From NCBI GenBank assembly GCA_030704615.1, contig CM060732.1, positions 48,856,001-48,920,000 of the forward strand: a stretch of DNA of 64,000 nucleotides. Reading direction: 5' to 3'. Source of the DNA: Takakia lepidozioides. Its lineage: Eukaryota; Plantae; Bryophyta. The notes under the pieces are model-generated. The model did no database searches. It was not told the origin of the DNA and saw nothing but the letters and a program-made list of their open reading frames with translations. A program made the translations under genes and the position numbers. Below, piece by piece: positions 51,322 to 62,408 of this stretch; within the stretch, counting starts at the first letter, position 1, and every line of letters starts with the position of its first letter.

Positions 51322-54300
51322 TTGGGGAGGTTGGTGCAGGCGGCATGGCAGGTGAAGGGCATGAGGACAGCAGATCCGGCAATGGAGGTTGTTGATGCAC
51401 ATGCAGTAGGGCCCGCCCACGCAAAGAAGAAGAAGAAAGCTAAGCACATGCAATCCCCGGCGAGAGAGCCGTCACGGGCTGCGGAGGGGGGAGTGAGCAG
51501 TGCGCGCGAGGGTATCAGTTCGCCTCAATCAAAGGTGGTCGTCCTGGAGGGCTCCCCTGCTGCTAGCCCTAGTAAGAAACAGAAAGCCCGTGAGAGGGCA
51601 AAAGAGAGGGCAAAAGAACAGGCGAGATAGAATGCTAGCCAGGAGGAAAGAGAAAAGGCCACTGAAGAGGCCAGGGGTGCCCAAATGACAGATGCCAATG
51701 TAAGCGAGGGACACACAGAGACGGTGGATCCCTCCAAGACACCACAAAGAGGCAGTAACACACCGGTTAGACCATCGCGGGCAAGAGCAGCCCCTGCAAT
51801 TACCCATACGGTGGAGAGTGGAGGAGAGGAAAGAACACCAGAAAGAGCACGGATTGTGCCAGTTCGAGGTGAAGCCGGGGAGAGGGTAGTACAGACGGGA
51901 AGAGTGCTCGAGGTGGTTTCGCCGGTGGCTGACCATGTTGAGGAGGACGACAGGGAGCTTTCTGACCAGGATGACATCCTCCCGGACATCCCCAGGCCCC
52001 AAACCCGCAGCATACAGGCTGGATTTGGCGGTCCTGGTGGGCTGCCGGAGAACCCCTCTGCAGTAGACGTCATGTCGGAGGCGGATATGAAGTTGGCCGC
52101 TGCCAAGATGTTGGAGGCAACCCACAGCAACATTGGCAGGGTGCTGGGGGGCATGGTGTACCCGGCCAAGCTTCGGATTCCCCTTTGCCGCTTGGTGTCA
52201 TTGCAGGTGGTGAGACCTGCCCTCCCAGGCGATATCGACAAGCTGAAATTCTCTTTCCGGGATGGATATCGAATGGGGTCTGCCGCGTTTTACGTTTCCA
52301 TTGAGAACGACCACGGAGCTTCCCGTGCCCACACTTCCGATGAGGTGGACAAATGGGGTCCCCATTGGCAAAGGCGAAATGAGGAGTTCGAGAGAACGAT
52401 TGCTACTGATCCTCTTTTCCAGCACTTGTCCGGTAAGATGTTTTACGTGTGGGACGGCAATCATCGCCTCCTGGCATGGATGGAGCACATTGCCCAAGCC
52501 CACCCCAACGACCTCAATTGGCATTTCGCCGTGGAGTGTGTTGTGCTGAAGGTTGCGGGGCCCAAAGATCGCTGTCTTCTCAAAGCTGCAATGGCGGACA
52601 TCAACTCATAAGTTACAACGCCTCTTGCTTTTGGACCCATCCGATTGTAAGTCATTTCATTGCGAATCCTCATATTTGTTGAAAATTCCCATTTCAGTAT
52701 TGTTTGATGGAAATGTGGCATTGCAGGGTGACTGAGAATGCCTTCATTGCCACCAACTTGTCCCATATGCTCTTCCGAGTGAAGGATGTCGGGAAGCAGG
52801 GGGTGCAAGAGTTTGCCAATTTGCTCAGTGCCGACCTCCTACGCAAGTCGGAGGCAAAGGCAGACAGAACCTGGTATAGGCTGAGCATGGACGCCATGGT
52901 GGACTACATATTTCGGGTAAAGCTCCTCACTGTTTTGTTGAGCTGATGTGTCTCTCCTCCCCCAATAGAAGAAAAAGTGTTGAGCAGGATCTCTAATCTT
53001 ATGTGCGCATTCTTGACAGACGAAAATTCAGCAGGATTTGGCACATGCGCGGAGGTTCTACATGGAGTCAGAGGAGAAGAATCTAACCCTCCCGGCACTT
53101 GAATCGTATCTCAAAGCTGCGGAGGCCAGGGCCCGCATAAAGTACAAGTCACGGATGGTAAAGTACGTGGCCATAGCTGATCCCGCCCTTGGTGCCGACT
53201 TTCTGGTGGAGGTGGGGAAGCACTACTCCCGCGCTGTGAAGCCCACGATGACATTGGAGAAGCTCCATCGTCTAGCCACATCCTGTGTGGATGCAACAGA
53301 AAAGGTGATACATTCTTAACCAAATTGTGGTGGCAACAACTCGTTTTTGTGGTGTTTGGCGCTTACGAATATGCTGGGTGGTTGGACAGACCCGGTGGCT
53401 CCAAATCTGGAATGGTTCCCAAAGTACAAGGGACATGTGGAGCTTCCCCATACGGACAAACTGTCTGACCCCACATTCGACATGTGGATGAACCGCATGA
53501 CATGGTGGTTTCAGGTACTTCCCCACGCTTCGTTTGGCGCTTCTACTCTTGTAGGGGGTGGATTCATTGTATTTTTTGAGGAAAGCGATCTGATGGAGAA
53601 TCTCCACAGGTAACGACGAATACGCAAGAGTAGCTGGACACACAAGCACATCAGTTCAAGATGGAGATTTCTCCTGCAGCAGAGAGCCTACGCGACTATG
53701 TGACGATGTACTTTCTGCTCTACAAAACCGACCTATTCTTTCGGGAGATACCCCATGCCCGCCGGAGCCACGAGTTCACCGACCAGCCGAACGCGGACAA
53801 AGCAGCAATGCGCCTTCTGTACAGGTACATACGCGATGCCTTCCTTTCAAGTCCTTGCATTTCAGGATGTTAGAGGCCTCATGTGGCGCATGAAAATTGG
53901 TCTTTGGGAAAATGGCGCCGAATTTCAAGTTCAGGGCTCCGAAAATGGCTAAGTCCCTAGGGTGCGTCGCCCTGAACTGGAAATTCGGCGCCATTTTTCC
54001 AGTTCAAGGCCATATTACCGTTCTGGGACTTAGCCATTTTCGGGCCGGAAATGGGAAAATGGCGCCGAATTTCCAGTTCAGGGCTCCGAAAATGGCTAAG
54101 TCCCTAGGGTGACTGGCCCTGAACTGGAAATTCGGCGCCATTTTTCCAGTTCTAGGCCTTATTACCGTTCTGGGACTTAGCCATTTTCGGGCCGGAAATG
54201 GGAAAATGGCGCCGAATTTCCAGTTCAGGGCTCCGAAAATGGCTAAGTCCCTAGGGTGACTGGCCCTGAACTGGAAATTCGGCGCCATTTTTCCAGTTCT

Positions 54301-55399
54301 AGGCCCTATTACCGTTCTGGGACTTAGCCATTTTCGGGCCGGAAATGGGAAAATGGCGCCGAATTTCCAGTTCAGGGCTCCGAAAATGGCTAAGTCCCTA
54401 GGGTGGCTGGCCCTGAACTGGAAATTCGGCGCCATTTTTCGAGTTTTAGGCCCTGGCAGTTTTGGAACTTAGCCATTTTCGGGCCAAACCGGGAAAAATG
54501 GCGCCGAATTTCCAGTTCCGGGCTCCCAAGATGGCTAAGTCCCTAGGGTGGCAGTCACCGAAAACCGAAATTCGGCGCCATTTTTCCATTTCTAGGCCCA
54601 GTCAGATCCGCCCCAACCTGGGAAAATGGTGCCGAATTTGCAGTTCAGGGACCTCATTGTGTTTTTCATGAATGCAGGTACTGCAAGTTCTCCCTTTTGG
54701 AGTAAGGTCATATGTCTTTCGAGCCACCATTCTTCCTGGCATGGAAGAACCCTGGGGCTGACTCCATGTACACTGACAATATTGTGAAGGAGTGGCATCT
54801 GGAACAGTGAGTGGGTGGTCACATTGTAAGTTCCCTCCAAATTTCCTGAGGCACCTCCCTTCACTCTCTTATTTCATTGAAAACCCTTTCTGCTTCTGCT
54901 GGTATTGATATTCTTGAAGTGGATTTGTTCTTACTGCAGGATGCCAAGTATGGCAGGAGGGACGTCTACACCGGAGTTCATGGGCAGGAGGAACGTGCCT
55001 TTTTTTGCCAGGGGGGATTTCATGCCTAGTCCAGAAAGGGAGTACATCCTTCCTACTTATGCTGCCCGGCTTGCTTGGGTGTCCATTAGGAGGTGTTCCG
55101 AACCTAGTCGTGTACAACAGATTTTAGACGAGGCAAGCCTCAAGAAAATGAAGATGAGGGAGGAGGCAGCAGCTATTAGAGCCCGTCGGGCTCGTAGATT
55201 TGTCTTGGATTCTGCTGAGGAAAGTGGGGGAGAAGAGGCAGAAGATTCCCAGGAGGTGAGGTGGACAGTCCCCCAAGGAGAGGACGGCATTTTTGAGACG
55301 CATACTGCAACCGATGCATCACAGAGCTCGGAGGATGGGGGGGATGAGGGGGATGAGGAAGAAAGAGGGCCAAGTTCCTCGGAAGGTGTAGGAGAGTAG
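51322..55399 (+). pseudogene. Multi-exon accessory gene of the MULE with a ParB/Srx-like N-terminal domain
   Basis: Disordered basic N-terminus (KKKKKAK NLS-like; in-frame TAG at 51628), then LRIPLCRLVSLQVVRP..DIDKLKFSFRDGY...FYVWDGNHRLLAW (ParB box I-like and GxxRxxA). Further exons at ~52727-52916, ~53036-53870, ~54679-54806, ~54940-55399; acidic tail. Donor near 52610 appears mutated (ataagt). Confidence 0.7.
53905..54640. repeat. 147-bp tandem repeat x5, apparently intronic in the ParB-like gene, each unit with a 29-bp inverted repeat
   Basis: aatggcgccg at 53911, 54058, 54205, 54352, 54497; arms aaaatggcgccgaatttccagttcagggc / gccctgaactggaaattcggcgccatttt. Confidence 0.95.
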
Positions 55400-57779
55400 T
55401 TCCCATTCCTGCTATGACAGTTATGACACACTTATATAGACGTGTGTAGTGTGAATGCAGGGGAGTAACAGTGAAATTTTGCTTGGCATCAGGATCCGGC
55501 ATTACTACAAAGGGAGTGCCCTGGTACTAATAACGGGAGGGAACTATCCATGCCTACAGGTAATTCCATGGGCACACTATGCTATTGCTCTGCCAGGACA
55601 AAATGTGGCTAAGTCATGAAATACGCCTTTTCATCCATAGGATGAATGGCTTTCATCGCTGGTGATTACCTTAGAAACGCGGGTCGAGGAAGCTTAGGGC
55701 TTGCTGGAGGGTAATCGTGCAGGGAACAGCTAGGTAATTTTGCTCAAGCCAGGAGAAGGGAGGCGGTGCAGTAATCGTTTCATGGCTTTGAAGAGAGGGA
55801 GTGCTGCAGGACGATTCATCAAGGGCAAGGGAAGTAATATCATGTACTACTGACAGAAGGCATAGAGGCGGTGCTTCCTGTGATTTGACCGCTGAAGGTG
55901 TAGGAGTTGCGGGGAAAGCAGCTCGGTGGAGGGGCGGCAGTGCCGTCGTTACTCTCATAACCACGATGACAAGGAGGATGAACTTGCAAGGGAAACAGCC
56001 TGCTGCCAGGGAATAGGAAGGTGGGGTTGCCGACTTGATCAAAGGCTAGTTAAGATGATGGAGCAGCTCCATCATGACGGGCATCTGCCAGAGGTAGGGT
56101 GTGCAAACTGATACCGCCGCCATTGCATTCATGTGCAATTATAGAAAGCTGCACTTGTGGAGAAGCAATTGCTGCCAGATCAAGGGCAGAGATGGGATTA
56201 TTGACTTGACCACTTGTGAAATTGTACAATCGCCAGAATGAGGGCATTGGCTTGTGGACAGTGATACAGGTTATCTGTAAATAAAGAAGCAAAGAGTGAA
56301 ATATGTAGAGCAGGAAGCTTTCAGATAATGACTGTCTTCTTGTTATCACATCAGATCTTAGGGTAGATTAGCAGAGATGGTAGGATAGGGTAGTTAGTTG
56401 GCAAGCAACAAGGTTACTGCCATAGGTTGAAACAGAGCTGTCAAGACTCACGGAACGCTTGAATCGACGAAATATCTGTAGGTGGAGTGGCAGAGCAATG
56501 ACAGGATCTGACATGCATAGATCTTTGTTTTTACAACGTGGCATTCAAACGACAAGAGGAGTTAGGGGAGCTGCTGACAGAGATGGTGAGGTGCCATTTC
56601 AGGCAGGCGATCCCACCGCTTCAGCTGGAGTATAAGAGAGCTAAGTTCATAGATGCAAGCTCTCCTCTCTGACTTAGGGATAGTTGCTATGGAATTTTGC
56701 TAGAGAGACTCTCAATAGAAATGAGGGAGATAGAAAAAGATTTTGGCAAATGGAATGGAGACTGCTGGAATTCATACCAGTCCTGGTGGTAGAGAGAAAG
56801 TGAGGTAGGGTGGAAGTTGTGTGGAGTGCTGCAAGAAGTTGGGAAGTCAGCTCTCAAACATAGGATGCTTCCTTTTTGGGTGTGACTTAGAAATCGTTTT
56901 GGGCAGATTTAGGACTTGCTCTTGATAGAAGGGAAAAGGATAGAGACATGTGATAGAGGAAAAAGGGTTTTTGAAAATGGAATGGAGTGGTGGTCTGGGC
57001 TTCAAACCAGAATGGTGTAGAGAGGATAAGAGATGATGCATGTCAATTGGGAATGGTGATAGAAGGGCTGTTTGGTCCAATATGGGCACTTGCATCAGAA
57101 AAGGGAGATAAAACATTGGGAAGAAGAGAGATCCGCTCAGCAAAAGAATGATGAGAGGAGGGTCAGTTGAGAGATAAAGGAAAGACCATGAGTTGGATAG
57201 AAATATCAGACCTGCACTGTATGGTAGATACATGTTGCCTTGCACTTTCGGTGATTGCATGACAACAAAGGGGGTTCAATGTAGATGCTACATGCAAATG
57301 GTGAACTCATAGGCTGTCATTAACCCACTGGTAAGTTGTTTGAGTGACTATATTCAGCATGAAAACTAAGCTGGTGCAAGACAGAACCCTAGTCAGGCCT
57401 GTTGCACTATGCAGGAAACACCTTCACTTGTCCCATCCATGTCTTCTCTTCCGCTGCGGCGTGGATGAGGGCTTCATGAACTCTGATCATAAACAACATG
57501 GATGTAGCCAACCTGTGTGGAAGAACCAGGATAACAACAAGACCTTGCACTAAAAACTAGATTAGGATTAGACAGAAGGGGATATATGCCCCCTTCTTTT
57601 CACACTACACGTGGCTTGCCACAAAATTTGCAATAAAATGTTGCATTTCATTGCTATGACGAGTCCACATGACCCTATTTCCGTGCCTCCTAACCCTATT
57701 TCCGTGGACAGACAATGGCCCGCTCATGTTTTCTTTTTTCCCGCTCATGCTCATGCCGCTCATGAAATAGCAGCCCCCC

Positions 57780-59066
57780 AATGATTGGAGACTTAGCAGC
57801 AGTGCCCTGTAACCTCTTCATCTCGTCCACCAATCCGTTGTACATTAACTCCGCCCAAGCGACATTCTCTCCCCTCAAAGCTTTCAGGATCTCCTCTGTG
57901 AAGGACCTGCTCAAATACTGTTGGTTCTGTTTCATGGCAAACAGAACGTTGAAGATTTGGCCAACTTCCCTAAGCCATGGGTACTCGGCTTTGGTACAAG
58001 CAAAACCTTGAGTTTTAAAGAAACTCCCTTCTTGGAACAAATTCCCTATCTGCAATCTTGCCCTATGCTCATCCATATCCACATGTCCTGATGGCAAATC
58101 AAACAATTGCTGCAGGTACTGGGGAGTAATTTCTATATCTACTCCCCTCACCTGAGTAACTCCCGTCCGAGGCTCAAAGTTCTGAAGAAATTGTATCAGG
58201 AACTACCGATGATGCAAGGACCAGTCCTTGCGCAACAATCCCTCCAATCGCAGCTCCTTCAGTAGCTGCACCGCCTGTGGTGTAGCAATCGTTTGCTTCT
58301 GTAAGATTGTGGTGCTCTTCACCCTGATATCCTCCATTCCTCTCACTCTCTTCATTCTAGACAAACAGAAAGGTTTTGGTTGTAACAACTGAAGAAATGC
58401 CTGCAGGGCACAAAGCATAAAAGTATGGTTGGCGGAGAATGAAATGGGAAAGTGCTTGTAAGCCTGTGGGGCTTGCAAGTATCGACTTAGAGAAAATGTA
58501 CTCTCCGTTCGTCTGTCATTGTGCCACTGCGTAAGTAGTAAGGCGAGCGTGTAGTCTGTTATTTCCCCCATGGCTTCAAAGCTATAGCTTTGATTATCTC
58601 TCCTGACGAGACGCCCGTTACTTGGAACGACGCCGACTCTTGCGCTCAGAATCCCTCTAAATTCTTGATTTCGCTTCTTGGAAAATACCCTCTGCAGGTA
58701 ATTCTGGCTCATGATTGGCTGTTGGCTCTGTGATTGGTTTTGTAATTTAATTCCCTTCCGTGGATTTTCCCCCCTGGACTGTCCACTAGGATAGCACATG
58801 TGACATGGATTTCGCTTTTGGGTACTTGTAAAGGGTTCCGTTACCCTTTCCCTGTATGCATTAATGGGCCCACAATAAATTTTGGTTAACGTGCCGGGTA
58901 GGTACTTTGACGGCCAATTTTGTCTTCTTTCTTGATGACACTCGTTCTTGCAATTCATGTCCGGCTGTGTGTCTCGCCTTGGCGTCCACGTGTCCATTTC
59001 TAAACCTGCCTCCGTCCACTTTTCCGCCGGCCACTCTCCGGATGTTAACCCACGTCCACCTGTCAC
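57780..59066 (-). pseudogene. N-terminal part of the extra ORF of gypsy copy C
   Basis: ORFs 58203-59066 and 57780-58151 are homologous to 37000-38355. Confidence 0.8.
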
Positions 59067-59071
59067 TGATC

Positions 59072-62000
59072 CTATGGACTGTGTAACCCCGGTAGGCTGT
59101 GTTGAGCTGTGATAGGCTGTGTCATATTGTGGTACGTTGTGATAGGCTGTGTGGCACTGTGGTAAGCTGTGATAGGCTGTGACATGCTGTGGTAGGCTGT
59201 GATAGGCTGTGTCACGCTGTGATGGGCTGTGTCACGCCGTGATGGGCTGTGATAGGTATGCGAACACCTGTAGTTCCCGCCCTGGTCATATATGCTCGGG
59301 TTAGCGACAAGTGCTCCATACTCCGTTGATATCACTGGCGCAGCCCGTGACTGCTTCTGCGTTTCAACATGCAAATCGTGCTGCAATGGTTTGTCATGGA
59401 TACCACTTGTTTGAGGACTGTCTGGGACTTAGGCACTTTTACGGGATCTCTGGGGTACCCTTAATTTTTGCACAGATTGAGACCAACAGGAGCCTTAGGG
59501 GTGATAGCAGCGCACTTTAGGGGGGGGTTACACAGCCCGTCACAGTCCGACACAGCCAGACACAGCCGTCACAGTCAGTCACAGCTTGACACAGCTGTTA
59601 CGACCATAGGAAACGAATAGCAGGAAAGGAACGACTGTGGGGAACAACATCTGCGAATGGAACATGTTAGTTCACAGATGACGGTTAGTGAGGGAAACGG
59701 TTAGAACAACGGGTAGGAAGATAAAGCCAGGAGCAAGGACTGGAAGAGCATGGAGTAGGAGGAGGACGATTTGTTGATGCTTGATGAATGCAGGCAGTAG
59801 AGTTGTAATGTAGAGCAGATTAGAGACTCCATGGCTTCAGCCTGATACTTGATAGATATTAATCTGATACATACTTCATACTCACACTGTGTAGAGAGAT
59901 CTGAGTGAAGCTGTGGAATGAATGGATGAGTTGATGGAATCCGATAGATTGCTGAAGCAAACTGATACTTAATTACCAACAGTAAGGTAACTAGCTAACA
60001 TGAATGCGGGAAGGAAAACAAATAGGAAACACCCCCATGATACACTAGCTGTAGGTCATGACTGATTGTTCTGAGCGGGCTGAGTGCTTAGAGATTTCCA
60101 ACTCTTCTATCTTGGAGTTTCCGCCTCGGATAGCGAAGGGATGGGTGAGTAAAAGCCGTGCGACACCACTGTACACCTTCAACTTATTGGCATTGACTCT
60201 TCCCAGCATCTCTTTGTTAATGGTTTGTAACATGGCTGTGTTGTTATCATACATCTTCAGTATGACATAAGGTCCTTTCCATGGTGATTTAAGCTTAGAA
60301 GCTTTGATCTTCCCCTTCTTCTGCAACCAGATAACCAAATCTCCCGTCTTAAAAGTCTTTAATTTGCCTTCATCAAACTGTTCCTTCCTCTTCATCTGAA
60401 TTCTGGCCATGTTATCAGCTGCATCAGCACGTACTTCTTTACATGGTATAATTCATGTTTCCTGACCTTAATTGAATCTTCCAATTCCATTCTCTTTCCC
60501 CATTCCGTTCTCCTGGTAGGTAACAAGAATTCCACTAGAAGTAAAGCTTCCATACCATAAACTAATTGGAATGGTGTATACTTAGTGGTGATTTTGTATG
60601 AAGTCCTGTATGACCACAAAGCTGTCAGCAGCTTTGTATCCCAATCCGTTATGTTTGCATTGACTATCTTAGCCAAGATAGTACATAGTATTTTGTTGGT
60701 AGCCTCTGCCTGCCCATTACCCTGTGGGTAATACGTTGTACTCTTCCTATGCACAATCATGAACTCTTTAGTCAATAGTTCAATGGTCTCATTAATGAAG
60801 TGACTTCCCTGGTCACTGATAAATTCCAAGGGACAGCCAAATCGTGTAAGTATGTTCTCATACAGGAACCTTGTTGTGGACTTGGTTGTGTTGTCCCTCA
60901 GAGCTTTAGCTTCCACCCACTTTGTAGTATAATCAGTGGCTGTAATTATATACTTGTTCTGTGTATTCTTGGCCGGTGGGTTAATTGGTCCAACAAAGTC
61001 TAGTCCCTATTTCTGAATTGGTTCAGTAGGCATCGTAGGATGCAAAGCCATCTTCCCAGATCTCTGCAAAGGTCCTAGCCTCTGACATTCATCACAACTC
61101 TGACAATACTTGTGTACATCTTTGAACAAAGTAGGCCACCAGTAACCTGCAAGTAGTATCTTCCTACTGGTAGTCTCTTCTCCAAAATGTCCTCCAGCCA
61201 CTCCTTTATGAACTTCCTCCAAAACTTTATTTACTTCATGGTGGTACAGTCATCGTTTAAGTACTCCATCAGGTCCTAGCTTATACATTCTGCCCCCTAC
61301 CATAGTATAAGGTAAAGCCTTGATAGCGATTCTCTTCATCTGCTCCTTACCATAACTAGGTGGGCACTGACCATGAGTAAGGTAGTATCTGATTGGCCAC
61401 TGCCAATCTAACCATTCATCTGCACTTCCTTGCACCTCCATTGCAAATAAACTCGCATCACGTAATTGGTCGTCTACTCCTGTGGCGGGCTCTCCTGTTG
61501 TTAGGCGTGACAAATGATCTGCCACAAGATGCAAACGGCCAGGCTTGTAAACAACTTCGAACTCAAACTCGTGCAAGATTATTAACCACCTTGCTATCCT
61601 TCCACTTATCAAAGGTTTGTTCACCAGATATATCAGAGCCTGGTGATCCACATAAAACATAAACTTTCTTCCCAATAGGTAATGCCTGAATTTCTTGACT
61701 GCATAAATCATTGCCAGTGCTTCTCTTTCAGTTGTGCTATAGTTCCTTTCAGCACTGTTCATCAACCTGCTAGCATAGTACACAGGTGAATCTATATTTC
61801 CTGTAACATTCAGGGCTAACACCGCTCCCAACGCTTCTCCCGAGGCATCACAGTGAACATGAAATACTACATGCCAGTGAGGGTTAATCAGCACAGGTGT
61901 AGTTGTTACTGACAATGTAAGTTCCTCAAAAGCCTGTTGACATTCAGCTGTCCATGCAAACATTGCATCTTTCTTCAGAAGCTTGCTCAATGGTGTTACT

Positions 62001-62408
62001 ATTTGTGCATACCTTTTGACAAATCTTCTGTAATAACTGGTTTGTCCAAGGAATCTCCTTAGACTCTTAACATTTACTGGTGGTGGAGAGGCTTTAATGG
62101 CCTCTGTCTTCCTGGGATCCACAAGAAGTCCCCTCTTACACACAATGTGTCCCAAAAGCACCCCTGAGTTCACACAGAAAGTACACTTCTCTGGATTCAG
62201 GCCCAGACCTCTCATCCTGCATCTGGCCAAACATAACTCCAATTTATGCAAGTGCTCATTCTTAGAGCTGTACACACTGAAATCATCCAAGAACACCTGC
62301 ATGAAATCATCCAGTTACTCATGAAAAGATTCACTTATCACTCTCTGAAAGGTTGCTGGTGCATTACAAAGTCCAAAAGGCATGACATTGTATGCATAAG
62401 CACCCCAG
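59072..62408 (-). pseudogene. pol (RT C-half, RNase H, integrase) of gypsy copy C
   Basis: ORFs 61250-62302 (FLDDF; CDASG; NYSTTEREALA; VADHLSR), 61007-61222 (HHCC), 60392-60916 (DDE core), 60166-60410 (GPY), 59072-59386 (repeat tail). Confidence 0.93.
59408..60165 (+). mobile_element. Solo LTR of the same gypsy family in opposite orientation
   Basis: TG...CA ends with a perfect 5-bp TSD ccact (59403-59407, 60166-60170), inside the integrase C-terminus. Confidence 0.95.

Larger units (their letters stand above)
43542..57779. mobile_element. Complete 14,238-bp Mutator-like DNA transposon with short TIRs, two divergent genes and palindrome arrays
   Basis: Ends GGAGGTTAGCTATTTCATGAGC and revcomp GGGGGGCTGCTATTTCATGAGC; flanks aatgatc/aatgatt; the empty site matches copy B at ~37017-37040. 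Confidence 0.9.
39572..62408 (-). mobile_element. Gypsy copy C (RT to 3' LTR), hosting the 14.2-kb MULE and a solo LTR
   Basis: Removing 43542-57779 and 59408-60165 restores colinearity with copies A and B. Confidence 0.88.

Noticed and set aside
51685-52611. Bacterial contamination or recent HGT of parB
   Set aside because: The gene has spliceosomal-type introns and lies within a TSD-flanked element nested in a plant retrotransposon.
53905-54640. 147-bp period as a nucleosome-positioning signal
   Set aside because: It equals the core length but leaves no linker, and the other arrays use unrelated periods; likely coincidence.
53897-54671. Repetitive ORFs (MAPNFQFRA...)
   Set aside because: Translations of the 147-bp repeat; the same holds for the ORFs at 31172-31839, 43662-44342 and 21933-22878.
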